DNA of 64,000 bases from Heterodontus francisci (taxonomy: Eukaryota): assembly GCF_036365525.1 (NCBI RefSeq), contig NC_090388.1, positions 32,863,231-32,927,230 of the forward strand. The letters run 5' to 3'. Both the position numbers and the translations under genes were made by a program. Position 1 is the first letter of the stretch. Every line of letters begins with the position of its first letter. Below, piece by piece: positions 25,445-38,129 of this stretch. The notes under the pieces were generated by a model. It did no database searches. It was not told the origin of the DNA and saw nothing but the letters and a program-made list of their open reading frames with translations.

Positions 25445-26825
25445 ATATGAACATACGAATTAGGAGCAGGAGTAGGCCACTCGGCCCCCCGAGCCTGCTC
25501 CGCCATTCAATAAGTTCATGGCTGAACTGATTACTCCACATTTTCACCTACCCCCGATAACCTTTCACCCCCTTGCTTATCAAGAATCTATCTGCCTCTG
25601 CCTTAAACATATTCAAAGACTCTGCTTCCACTGCCTTTTGAGGAAGAGAATTCCAAAGACTCACGACCCTCTGAGAGAAATTTCTCTTCATCTCTGTCTT
25701 ATTTTTAAACAGTGACCCCTAGTTTTAGATTCTCCCTCAAGGGGAAACATCCTTTCCACATCCACCCTGTCAAGACCCTTCAGGATCAAGTTTCATGATA
25801 ATGTTTCAATCAAGTCGCCTCTTACTCTTTTAAATTCCAGCAGATACAAGCCTAGCCTGTTCAATCTTTCCTCGTAAGATAGCCCGCATATTCCAGGTAT
25901 TAGTCTAGTAAACCTTCTCTGTATTGCCTCCAATGCATTTACATCCTTCCTTAAATAAGGAGACCAGTACTATAAACAGTACTCCAGATGTGGTCTCACC
26001 AATGCTCTGTTTAGCTTAAGCATAACCTCCCTACGTTTGTATTCAATTCCCCTCGTGATAAACAATAACATTCTATTAGCTTTCTTAATTACATGCTGTA
26101 CCTGCATACTTAACTTTTGCGATTCATGCACTTGGTCACCCAGATCCCTCTGCATCTCAGAGCCCTGCAATCTCTCACCATTTAGATAATATGCTTCTTT
26201 TTTATTCTTCCTGCCAAAGTGGACAATTTCCCACTTTCCCACATTATACTCCATTTGCCAGGTCTTTGCCCACCCACTTAACCTATCTATATCCCTTTGT
26301 AGCTCCCTTCTGTCCTCTTCACAAGTTACTTTCCTACCTATCTTTGTGAGATCAGCAAATTTAGCAACCATACCTTCGGTCCCTTCATCTAAGTCATTTA
26401 TATAAATTGTAAAAAGTTGAGGACCCAGCATAGATCCCTGTGGCACACCACTCATTACATCTTGCCTACCAGAAAATGACCCATTTATGCCTGCTGTCTG
26501 TTTTCTGTTAGTGAGCCAATCTTCTGTCCATGCCAATATGTTACCCCCTACACCATGAGCTTTTATTTTCTGCAATAACCTTTGGTGTGGCACCCTATCA
26601 GATGCCTTCTGGAAATCTAAGTGCAATACATCCACCGGTTCCCCTTTATCCACAGCACATGTAACTCCCTCAAAGAACTCCAGTAAATTGGTTAAACATG
26701 ATTTCTCTTTCACAAAACCATGTTGACTCTGCCTGATTACCTTGAATTTTTCTAAATGCCCTGCTATAACGCCTTTAATAATAGCTTCTAACATTTTCCC
26801 TAAGACAGATGTTAAGCTAACTGGC
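25445..26825 (-). mobile_element. CR1 LINE nested in the Gypsy integrase
   Basis: ORF 25970-26857 with PVSLTS...GVPQGSMLGP...RPHLEYC; CR1 tail at ~25445. Confidence 0.93.
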
Positions 26826-28318
26826 ATTGCACTGGCTGATGTGGTCCTTGATTTCATTGCTCGTGTTTGGCCTGTAGAGCACTTCTCTTGACTTCCTCAG
26901 ATTCTACTCAATTCCTTGGTGGCTTGCATGGATGCACTTTAGCATCTCTCCTCTCAACTTCTTAGGGATAATGACTCTATTTCCTTTGTACACGATGCCA
27001 TCTTGGTCTGTCAATTCATCTCTGTATGCCCAATATGCTGTTGTGACCACAGGAGTGTCCTTGATGCTTTCAGGCCATCTTTTCATCGCTACTTCTTGCA
27101 ACACTTGGAGAGTTGTTTCTTGTAGGGTAGTACACTTGATTCGAGCAAGGCGCTTGTCTGTCATATTCAATGTCTCTGCTGGGTTGATGACTTCCAGAGC
27201 ATCTCGAGCTGCAGCTTCATTTTGGATCTGGAAGATTTCACACTCTGTTGTAGCATCTCTACTTTCTTCATAGGGAGTGCTACTCTTGATAGCATGTCAG
27301 TGATGTACATCTGTTTCCCTTGCTTGTATGTCACGTCCAGATGATATCTCTATAATTGGAGTAACATTCTTTGCAGACGCTTTGGAGCAGATAGTAGCGC
27401 TTGAGGAAAATGCTTTGAAGTGGCTTGTGGTCAGACTCGACTGTCACTTTGTCTCTTCCAAGTAGGTATTGAAGAAAATGTCTTTGCTTGTGAATAATGG
27501 CCAGGCACTCTTGATCTGAGTGTAGCGTCGTTCTGTTGCGTTAACGCCCTGGTTGCAGATGTGACCGGTTGTTCTTGTTGCATTAGGGTTGCTCCAAGTC
27601 CTGTCTCGCTGGCGTCACACTGCAGGGTGACTTCATCATTTATGTCATAGTATTTCAGTACTGGCGTTGCAGTCACTAGTTGCTTGATTTTAGTGAATGC
27701 TGCTTCTTGTTCTCTGCCCCAATACCACTACACGTCCTTGGCAGTGAGTTGACGTAACGGTTCACACTCCAACGACAAATTGGGCATGAATTTTGCTAAA
27801 TCGTTGATGAAACCAACAAATCATTGCCCTGCTTCTACATTTGTTGGTCGCTGCATTGCTGCTACCACCCTCACCTTTTCGGATCCGGGCGAAGACCTTT
27901 TGTTGTCAGTACATGACCTATGTACTTGACTTCGGGCATCTTTAATTGCAATTTTTTCTTGTTCAGGTTCATCTGGCGAGCTCTGTCTATCAGTCGCACT
28001 AGATTTTGACCATGGGCAGTAATGGCTTCTTCCATTTGTATCTCCGCATCCATAAACTAGCAGATCCTCCACTATAGCTTCCATTCCAGGAATATCACTA
28101 ACTATCGCATGCTGTCTGCGTTGATACTCCTCTGGATCCGTGGAAATGCAAAATGGCATGTGCAGCCATCTGTATCTCTTGAGCGGCATCTAGAATGTAG
28201 TTAGAAAGCTGCTGCTTTCATCCAGCTTCACTTACCAGTAACCATCATTCGTATCTAGGGTAATGAAGATTTTTGCCTTTGTATGTTGTGGCAAAATTCC
28301 TTCGATAGTGGGCATGGA

Positions 28319-29678
28319 TTTACAGGCCAGTGAGTCTAACATCTGTGGTAGGGAAACTATTGGAAAAAATTCTGAGGGACAGGATTAATCTCCACTTGGA
28401 AAGGCAGAGATTAATCAAGGATAGTCAGCATGGCTTTGTCAGGGGGAGATCATGTCCAACAAATTTGATTGAATTTTTCGAGGAGATGACTAGTTGTGTA
28501 GATGAGGGTAAAGCAATTGATGTAGGCTACATGGACTTCAGTAAGGCTTTTGATAAGGTCCCGCATGGGAGATTGTCAAGAAGGTAAGAGCCCATGGGAT
28601 CCAGGGCATTTGGCAAATTGGATCCAAAATTGGCTTAGTGACAGGAGGCAGAGGGTGATGGTCGAGGGTTGTTTTTGCGATTGGAAGGCTGTGAACAGTG
28701 GTGTACCGCAAGGATTGTTGGTGGGACCCTAGCTGTTTGTAGTGTATATTAATGATTTAGACGTGAATATAGGAGGTATGATCAGTAAGTTCACAGATGA
28801 CACGAAAAATTGTGGCGTCGTAAATAGTGAGGAGGAAAGCCTTAGATTACAGGGTGATAAAGATGGCGGAACTGTGGCAAATGGAATTTAATCCAGTGTG
28901 AGGTGATGCATTTTGGGAGGACTAACAAGGCAAGGGAATATACAATGGATGTTAGGACCCTAGGAAGTATAGAGGGTCAGAGGGACCTTGGTGTACTTGT
29001 CCATACTTGTACTTGAAGGCAGCAGCATAGGTAGATAAGGTGGTTAGGAAGGCATATGGGATACCTGCCTTTATTAGCTGAGGCACAGAATATAAGAGCA
29101 GAGAGGTTATGATGTAGCTTTATAAAGCTCTAGTTAGACCACAGCTGGAGTACTGTGTACAGTTCTGGTCACCACACTATAGGAAGGATGTGATTGCACT
29201 GGAGAGGGTGCAGGGAGATTCACCAGGATGTCGCCTGGTCTGGAGCATTTCAGCTATGCAGAGAGACTGACAAGCTAGGGTTGTTTTCCTTAGAGCAGAG
29301 AGGCTGAGGGGGGACCTGATCGAGGTATACAAAATCATGAGGGGCATAGATAGGGTAGATAGGAAGAAACTTTTTCCCTTAGTGGAGGTGTCAATAACCG
29401 GGGGGCATAGATTTAAGGTAAGAGGCAGGAGGTTTAGAGGGGATTTAAGGAAAAAAAATTTCACTCAGAGGGTGGTTGGAATCTGGAACACACTGCCTGA
29501 AGTGGTGGTAGAGGCAGGAACCCTCACAATATTTAAGAAATATTTAAATGAGCACTTGAAACACCATAGCATACAAGGCCAAGTGCTGGAAAATAGGATT
29601 AGAATAGATAGGTGCTTGATGGCTGGCGGGGACACGGTGGGACGAAGGGCCTGTTTCTGTGCTGTATAACTCTATGAC
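28319..29678 (+). mobile_element. CR1 LINE nested between Gypsy gag and RT
   Basis: YRPVSLTSVVGKLLE, YMDFSKAFDKVPH; tail CTATGAC at ~29678. Confidence 0.93.
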
Positions 29679-31699
29679 ATATTGATCAATGGACTCTTTT
29701 TCACCTTGGGCCCTAATATTGAACTCATATCGTTCATAACTAATGTTCATTTGGGGTTCAAAGCGTGCCTTCAAGGCTTTCAAAATTTCTGCTGTCTGTT
29801 TTTTTGTTCTCCGGAGGGATTTAGATTGGAATACATTATGTAACAGTCTCACCCCAACAGTGATAAAAGTGTAGCTACTCATAGCTGCTCTGGTTTGTTC
29901 ATTAAATCTTTCGCAACTTTGTAATATTGCCATTGCAAGTGGAAAAACTGCCAGTTCTGCTTGACATCACTTATCATTTTGACTGGCGCTGTGAGAGGAA
30001 GATTTGCAGCCATTGTGTCTTACCAAGTGCTTTCTGTGCTTCTTTGTTCCTTTTCTGTGGCTTCCTGTGGCTTTTAATAGCTTTCAGCAGCTCTAAACAT
30101 TCCTGTGTTCCACTTTTAGTAGCTGTGCTTCTATACAGCCCTTCAATACTCAACTCTGACATGATGTTATGAGCTCACAGGACAACAGTCATGCTTGTAC
30201 TGTGTCTTTAGTGAACTGCCCCTGGTGGATGCCTGCAGTGAGTGCCCCATGGTAGAGGTCACATGACTACAGCAAGCCAGGAGGCAGATTAGTACAGTTT
30301 TGCATTTCTCTCCCAAACAGTTGTGATGCCTCTTGCAGTAAAAGCAGCCTATCCTGTTCTCCTCTTCCTCCATGATGGTGGCATACAATAGTATGCCCAT
30401 AGGGAATGTCACACCTGCTCTTCAGGAGCCGTCACTGCGGTCAGGGGATTGGAAATATTTAGAGGTGGTCTGACTCTGTTGGAAGTATTAAGAAGCAAAT
30501 CCGGTGTATATTGGCAGTAAGACAAAAGAAAAATCACTGATAAATGTTTCCCAGCTGCAGAAAATGTGATACACACCTCTGGATTCTTCTGTGTTAGAAA
30601 CGCCTCACTTCGACCTATATCAGCTGATCCTGGCAGCTGGTACAGTTCGTAATCTCAGTCTAATTATCCAGTTTCATTAGTACTGTCAAACTAGGAAGAG
30701 AACTGCTGCACAACTGTCCTTCATTTGCACATATGCAAACATACCCACCCATATCAGCAGCCATAATCTTATCATTTCAAGTAACTTTCTCATCTGATGT
30801 TTTTATCTTTTTTGAATCCATCACTGATTATTTAATAAAAGCAAAATACTGCGGATGCTGGAAATCTGAAATAAAAACAAGAAATGCTGGAACCACTCAG
30901 CAGGTCTGGCAGCACTGATTATTTAATATTCTTATACACTAAAGTTTGTAGCTATATAATAAACCCTCAGCATATTGTAATAAATGAATACTGTAGTAAT
31001 TTTGAATTTCTTGAAACTTCAGATTATTATGTCTTCAAATGTCGGAATTCTCAATAAACAAATGAAACCAGTACTGAAATAAGGCAATGAAATGTGGAAA
31101 TCACATCCACCTTCAAATTTATGTTGTGATTTTACCCACTTCTGTGAGTCTGGTACTGGGTGTTCTAGGCCAGTTGTGGTTTTGTGGTAAATTGCGTAGT
31201 TCATGTCAGTTTGAGTAGCTGGGGATAACAAGTTTGTTCCAAATAAAAATATATCAAAATTATTGTGTCACTATCTCAATACAATGGTCTCAATTTCGAC
31301 CCTACCACCCAGCAAAAAGGGAACAAGTGAGCTGTTAAAATTACAGGGATCCATTTACTGCCCAATTCCTGCCGCAAACTCCCCATGTTGTTGGGTACAA
31401 AATGTACCCGGCAGAAACTGTCAGGCGCTTGATAAATATATTCAAATCAGGGTCCCAGGATATGATTGTGACCCTGGTGCTATTTTAACTGGGCAGGGTG
31501 ACCAATCAGCTTAGTAAAACCTCATATGACTGGCCTCAGAAACTGACTGATTTGACTGGAAGAACTATTTAAAGGAGCACTTGCCTGCAGTCATTTGGAT
31601 TCTTGGGATCTCTGTTTTCCTACTTCCTGGATTGCCAAGGCATTTCAAAGATTGGAATTTTTGACTTGTTTTCTTTACTCACCTTTAATCAGCTTTTAA

Positions 31700-32190
31700 T
31701 GGGCGCCATTTTTGCTTCTTTGTTCTGGATAGAGGAACAGCAGCAGTAGCCTCGGCAATCAAGAGAGCAGTAGCTGGTCTGTTAGAGCACAGCAGGTGAT
31801 GGTGAGGTGAGGAGGGGAGGATCTGCTCGTTGAAGGCCTTACGCAGCCCTCAATCTATAGGGCTGGAGTCACTTTTCTAGACGTCTCAGAGGATCAGAAC
31901 CTTTGCTTCATCAGGCAGGCAGCTATGGATCTGGGCAGTCTTCTACAACTGGATCTGTTGCCAAATGGACCAAGGGGGTCATGCTTTGCCAGTGGCTGTC
32001 AAAGTCACCACCACTCGTAACTTTTTCACCTAAGGATCCTTTCAGGCTGCTGCAGGAGACATCACTCAATCTGCAAAACTGCATTAAGCAGGTCACCAAT
32101 GCTTTTTTAACTACGGCCAAACAATCCTTTACCTTCCCAATGGATGTAAACAGAGCTATCAGACAGCAGAGAACAGGAAGTCTGTGCTGA
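31700..32190 (+). mobile_element. PIF/Harbinger transposase remnant (HARBI1-like N-terminal part)
   Basis: Manual translation around 31980-32110: HALPVAVKVTTTRNFFT*GSFQAAAGDI..S...CIKQVTNAF. Confidence 0.75.
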
Positions 32191-32329
32191 CAGTGGACAA
32201 AATGATTTAATCCTGATACACTCATCTATCCTTCCACTATTCCATCTCTCCAGGAATGTCAAAAGATGGCTGTTAGGGGACAGGAAATACCCACTCCCCC
32301 TACGTTCTGCCATAACCTCAGCATACCTA

Positions 32330-33032
32330 TTATTTAATTCTTTCATGGAATGTGGGTGTTGCTGGCAAGGCCATACCTAATTGCCCTTAACAAATGAGTG
32401 GCTTGCTAGGCCATTACAGAGGACAGTTAAGAGTCAACCACATTGCTGTGGGTCTGGAGTCAGATGTAGGCCAGACCAGGTAAGGACAACAGATTAGTGA
32501 ACCAGATAGGTTTTTACAACAATTGATGATAGTTTCATGGCACCATTATTGAGACTAGCTTTCAATTCCAGATTTTATTAATTAATCTGGGCGGCACAGT
32601 GGCGCAGCGGTTAGCACTGCAGCCTCACAGCTCCAGGGACCCGGGTTCGATTCTGGTTACTGCCTGTGCGGAGTTTGCAAGTTCTCCCTGTGTCTGCGTG
32701 GGTTTCCTCCGGGTGCTCCGGTTTCCTCCCACATGCCAAAGACTTGCAGGTTGATAGGTTAATTGGCCATTATAAATTGCCCCTAGTATAGGTAGGTGGT
32801 AGGGAAATATATAGGGACCGGTGGGGATGTTATTGGAATATGGGATTCGTGTAGGATTAGTATAAATGGGTGGTTGATGGTCGGCACAGACTCAGTGGGC
32901 CGAAGGGCCTGTTTCAGTGCTGTATCTCTAAACTAAACTAAACTAAACTAATTGGATTTAAGTTCCACAAGGGACCATGTCCCTAAGGCATTGCTAGTTC
33001 AGTGACATTACCACTACACCACCATCTCCCCC
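32330..33032 (-). mobile_element. tRNA-headed SINE (head + LINE tail only), interrupted by an HE1 SINE
   Basis: Minus strand reads GGGGAGATGGTGGTGTAGTGGTAATGTCACTG ... GGCCTAGCAAGCCACTCA|TTTGTT|AAGGGCAATTAGG...CCCACATTCCATGAA, matching the head and tail of 39571-43053. Confidence 0.8.
32589..32951 (+). mobile_element. Full-length HE1-like V-SINE
   Basis: A box TGGCGCAGCGG, B box GGTTCGATTCT, V-domain, CR1-type tail and (CTAAA)n end. Confidence 0.92.
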
Positions 33033-33344
33033 TCTGAGTAGCACAGGTACAGTATAACAAGGGGATCATCAGGAACAAGTTTAAACACCATTATCATCTT
33101 GAGGCTAAGTTTCCAGTGGCTACTACATCACAACCTTTAAGCTGAAATTGCTCTTCTAATTCACTTGGTTTATTTCTTACGCTTTGTACGTATGTGTACA
33201 GAACTCCTATTTGGATAACAGTTCTCACTTGCGCATATGTTGCATTGGTCTTTTCACATAAATTTTGGTTTATAGGGGTGGCTTAACCCACAAGCAGACT
33301 TTGGTCCGTTTTAAGGTCTGAACTTCATTAGCATTGCAATAATT

Positions 33345-34578
33345 CTTCGAATATGTAACAAGTAAAGTGGATAATGGAGATCCTGTAGCTGTAGTAAATC
33401 TGGACTTCCAGAAGGCATTTCATAAGGTGCCGCACAAAAGGTTAATACACAAGGTAAGATCACATGGGGTTAGGGGCAATTTATTAGCTTGGATAGAGGA
33501 TTGGCTAACCAACAGAAAACAGAGAGTCGGGATAAATGGGTCCTTTGCTGGTTGGCAAGATGAAACTAGTGGGGTGCCACAGGGTTCGGTCCTCGGGCCC
33601 CAACTATTTACAATCTATCTTAATGGCTTGGATGCAGGGATAGAAGGTTCTATAGCCAAGTTTGCAGATGACACTAAAATAGGTGGAATAGTAAGTTGCA
33701 ATAAAGAAATAAGAAATTTACAAATGGATATGGATAGGTTTGGTGAATGGGCCAAAATTTTGCAGATGGAGTTTAACGTGGATAAGTGTGAGGTTATCTA
33801 TTTTAGTCAGAAGAATAGAAAGGCAAATTATTATCTAAATGGAGAGAAACCTCAGAGTGCTTCGGTGCAGAGGGATCTGGGTATCCTCGTGCATGAATCA
33901 CAGAAAACTAGTATGCAGGTACAGCAGGTAATAAGGAAGGCAAATGGAATTTTGGCATTTATTGCTAAAGGAATAGAGTATAAAAGTAGGGAAGTGTTGC
34001 TGCAACTGTACAAAGCAGTAGTGAGACCGCACCTGGAGTATTGCGTACAGTTTTGGTCCCCTTACTTGAGCAAGGATGTAGTTACATTGGAGGCAGTTCA
34101 GAAGAGGTTCACTAGATTGATTCCAGAGATGAGGGGTTTCTCTGAAGAGAAATTGAGCAGTTTAGGCCTTTATTCTCTAGAGTTTGAGAGGAGATCTAAT
34201 TGAGGTATATAAGATGATTAAGGGGATTGCCAAAGTAGACTTAGAGAGGATGTTTTCTCTGGTGGGGTAATTCAAGACGAGAGGTCATAGTTTTAGGATA
34301 AGGGGTAGCAGATTTAAAACAGAGATGAGGAGAAATTACTTCTCTCAAAGGGTCGTGAGATTGTGGAATTCACTACCCCAGAGTGCAGTGGATGCCGGGA
34401 CATTGAGTAAATTTCAGGAGGAGATAGACAGATTTTTAATTAGCAAAGGGTTGAAGGGTTATGGAGAACAGGCAGGAAAGTGGAGTTGAGGCCAAGATGA
34501 GATCAGCCATGGTCGTATTGAATGGCGGAGCAGGCTTGAGGGGCTGAATTGCCTACTCCTGCTCCTAGTTCTTATGGT
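33345..34578 (+). mobile_element. CR1 LINE 3' portion
   Basis: ORF 33367-34203 with LDFQKAF, GVPQGSVLGP, FADD, RPHLEYC; 3' tail CCTACTCCTGCTCCTAGTTCTTATG. Confidence 0.95.
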
Positions 34579-35129
34579 TGCCTGGAACTGGAGATTGACC
34601 CACCTGTTCACTCCAGGCAGAAGAAAAATAGGCCCGTAGGGAGGCCCCGATGTCAGGAGAGGCGGTGGGGGAGTGGGGCGGGGAAGAGTTGGAGGGACTG
34701 TGACCCAGATAGGTTTAATGGATCCTGGAGGACAGACCAAAAATCCCAAAATGTGACAATCTTATATGCTGAAATGAGTGGAAAACATATATTGTCTCAT
34801 ACTGCACAAGAAAGATAAATTTATGTGACAAGTTATGGTCAAGACTTACAATATCAAACCTAGCTATAACAATTACCATTAGGTTGCACAGTATTACTAT
34901 TCTCCACAAATCACTCAGTGTTTTTGGAAAAACTGAAATTTGTAAGTACTTGTGGTTTAAAATAGAATTAAAAAAGTAAACCATTTACACATCGCCCAAT
35001 AACATTTCTTTCATCATTGATTTGTCTTTTGTGTTTTTCAGTGCCTTTATTAAACCATTTATCTGAAGGCCTCAGCCTCCAAGTCTGGGCTTGGACTTGA
35101 TATTTTTGTTTTGTATCCATGAACAGATA

Positions 35130-36615
35130 TTCTTGTGGCGGAAGAGGGCATGGCTGAGATAATCAAGGAGTACTTTGCATCTGTCTTTACTAGAGAAGAG
35201 GATGCTGTCAGTGTAGCAGTAAAGGAGGAGGTAGTAGCAGTAGTAGATAGGATTAAAAATAGATGGAGAGGAGGTACTTAAAAGGTTGGCAGTACTCAAT
35301 AGTGGAGAAGTCATCTGTTCTGCATGGGATGCATCTTAGTTTACTGAGGGAAGTAAAGATGGAAATTGCGGAGGCCCTGGCCACTATCTTCCAATCCTTC
35401 TTGGATATGGGGACAGTGCCAGAGGACTGGAGGATTGCAAATGTTACATCCCTGGTCAAAAAAGGGGCGAGGGATGAAGCCAGCAACTACAGGCCAGTCA
35501 GCCTAATGTCCATGGAGGGGAAACTTTTCGAGATAACAATCTGGAACAAAATTAATTGTCAGCTGGAAAAGTAGGTGCTAATTAATGAAAGTCAACATGG
35601 ATTTGACGAACTTGATCAAGTACTTTGATAAAGGAGCAGAGTTGATGAGGGTAGTGTGGTTGATGTACATATGGACTTTAAAATATGTTTGACAAAGTGC
35701 CACATAATATATTTATAAGCAAAATTAAAGCCCATGGAATTAAAGAGACAGCTGCAGTGTGGATACAAATTTGGCTGGGGGACAGAAAACAGAATAGTGG
35801 TGAATGGTTGTTTTTCAGAATGGAGGAAAGTATACATTGATGTTCCCCAAGGGGTCAGTATATGGATCACTGCTCTTATTAATATATATTAATGACCTGG
35901 ACTTGGGTAGAAGGGAAAGGGAAGCAGGTGTATAAGAACACCACTGCCTTCAAGTTCCCCTCCAAGTCACACGCCATCCTGACTTGGAACTGTATCGCTG
36001 TTCCTTCATTGTTGCTGGGTCAAAATCTTGGAACTCCCTCCCTAATGGCACCATGGGAGTAGCTTAACCACATGGATTGCAGAAGTTCAAGAAAGCGGCT
36101 GACCATCACCTTCTCAAAGGCAATTAGGGATGGGCAATAGAGTCATTAACAACACAGAAGGAGGCCATTCAGCCCATCGAATCCATGCCGGCTTTCCACG
36201 GAGCTATGCTGTCAGTCCCATTCCCTGTCTCAATACCTATAGCACTGCAAGTCTATTTCTCTCAGGTGGCCATCCAGCTTCCTCTTGAAGTCATTAATCA
36301 TCTTTGCTTTCACCACCCTTGTGGGCAGCGAATTCCAGGTTATGATGGTTTGCCAGCGATGCCCACATCCCATGAATGAATTAAAAAAAATCAAAGTTTG
36401 CAGATGAATTGGAAATGTAATAGACAATGAGAAGGCTAACAACAGACTTCAGACTGGTGGAATGAGCAGACACATGGCAGATGAAATTTAACACAGAGAA
36501 GTGTGAAGGTGCAGTGCTATGGGGAAAGACCAGGTGAATGGGACTAATTGGCTAGCTCTACCGAAGAGCTGGCACAGGCGCAATGGGCCAAATAGCCTCC
36601 TTTCTTTGATTCTAA
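35130..36615 (+). mobile_element. Degenerate CR1 containing a nested 3' fragment of the SINE-headed LINE family (~35930-36390), itself interrupted by a minus-strand CR1 tail (~36140-36340)
   Basis: VPEDWRIANVT/NYRPVSL; 35930-36138 matches 42800-42998. Confidence 0.8.
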
Positions 36616-36999
36616 TAACATTGGAAAGCATATTAAGCAGAGAAAGAGAATATATTTTCTCATCCTAATTTCATTTTTTTTGACAAACAGTTGAATTTGG
36701 AAGCAAACAACCTTTAATTAACACCTGTCTTTTGTGAATAGTTCAAAAATCTAAACATTTTAATTACTGACTAATATCAGAAACAGAGACAGAAATAGAC
36801 AAAGTGCTTGAGCTCCCCTCTCATTTGCTGTCTGCAAGACTTGCTTGCATCCATGTTGGGGGTGTCCAAACATGGCACTGTAGCCTATCCTCAAACTTCT
36901 GTCAACTAAAGAATTTGTCATGATCCTGGGGGCAGGGCAAAACATTTAACCTCCCAGTATTCAGAAGTCTCTGTAGCACCTTCTGGCTGCCAAATCTAC

Positions 37000-37256
37000 T
37001 GGCCATTCAGGGGTGATGTCAGAAAGCACTTCTGCACACAAAGGGAAGTGGAAATCTGGAACTCTATCCCTCCAAAAAGCTGTTGATGTTAGCTCATCTG
37101 AATATTTGAAAATTGAGATCAATAGATTTTTGTTAGGTAAGACCATTAAGGGATTTAGAACCAAAGTAGGTAAATAAAGGTAAGACCCAGATCAGCCATG
37201 ATCTAATTGAATGGTGGAACACGCACGAGGAGCTGAATCGCCGTTCCTATGTTCCT
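37000..37256 (+). mobile_element. CR1 3' tail fragment
   Basis: WNSIPP-like sequence and GATCAGCCATGATCTAATTGAATGG tail. Confidence 0.75.
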
Positions 37257-37569
37257 TTCTTTGTAATCCTGGGGCTGGATCAGTTGCTCCTATCTATGAC
37301 TGGGGTAGGGGAGGGAGGGCAAGAAAATCAGGCCTCAGCGCCATTCTTCATCAACATTTGAGTTTCTATATCATATAAGAAAACAAATGAGTTGATCTTT
37401 AATAGAAAACAGAAAAACTCTATTACCTGTATTTTGTTGATTATAATAAGAATATTTACATTTTCTTACAGCTGAGAGAGAGAGACAGCCAGAGATATAC
37501 ATCTAATCAAAAAACATAAATTGTTTTTAGAGATCCTTTACAAAGTCACAAGTAGTGCTGCAGAATATT

Positions 37570-37980
37570 GGATTCCTCCCATTCAGTGCTGTCAGACTTT
37601 GTCCTCAATCTCCTCTCATTGCTGACTGACCATGAATCCACCAGCCAAGCCAAACCTCATCCCCAGTTCTGCCAAACCTCACATTTGGCTTCTATAGATC
37701 TACCAAAGCCCAGATTTCCCTTCCACACAAATGCTAGACCAGTCTTGCCAAATCTCAGCAGTTCCACTGTAGTGCTGTCAAAATCCAGGGTCCCTACCCA
37801 GGTTCTGCCAGATCCCAGGATGACTCCCCAGTGCTACTAACACCCAGGAATAACGTCTAGTGCTAAACCAAAGTACTGGCAGCACTGCTATCAAAGTACA
37901 GGATTGATCCCATGTGTACCAAAACTCCTCTACCCAATACTAATAATTACAAAAATACCTCTTACTGACCCATAGTGTAG
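37570..37980 (+). repeat. Degenerate minisatellite-like array
   Basis: Recurring (C)CAGTGCT(G/A)(C/T)CAAA...CCAGG-like units of roughly 25-30 bp. Confidence 0.45.
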
Positions 37981-38129
37981 ACTGAGATTTTAAAATGGTA
38001 AGGAATTAGAAATGAAATGGACAAATAAAGGAATAATCCCAGAATACCATTTAATCAAGATAGAAGTTGAAGTTTTCAGTCACTGTAAATGAGTGGCATT
38101 CACATTATGCCCAAATGGCATAAATAGAC

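Larger units (their letters stand above)
24124..30319 (-). mobile_element. Degenerate Gypsy/Ty3 LTR retrotransposon with two nested CR1 insertions
   Basis: Direct repeats 24124-24272 and 30165-30319 (TG...CA on minus), TSD GTTGT (24119-24123 / 30320-30324), PPT AAAAGGGGGA next to the 3' LTR; gag, RT, RNase H (LQCDASETGLGA) and integrase (DYYSD, DNGPQF, SSPHYPQSNGKAE) fragments in Gypsy order. Confidence 0.95.

Noticed and set aside
32589-32670. tRNA gene-like A and B boxes (also at ~3360-3435, ~39580-39650 and ~39700)
   Set aside because: These are SINE heads continuing into V-domain or other SINE bodies; no complete cloverleaf or terminator
37570-37980. CRISPR-like repeat/spacer pattern
   Set aside because: Units are highly degenerate with no identical repeats, there are no cas genes and the context is eukaryotic
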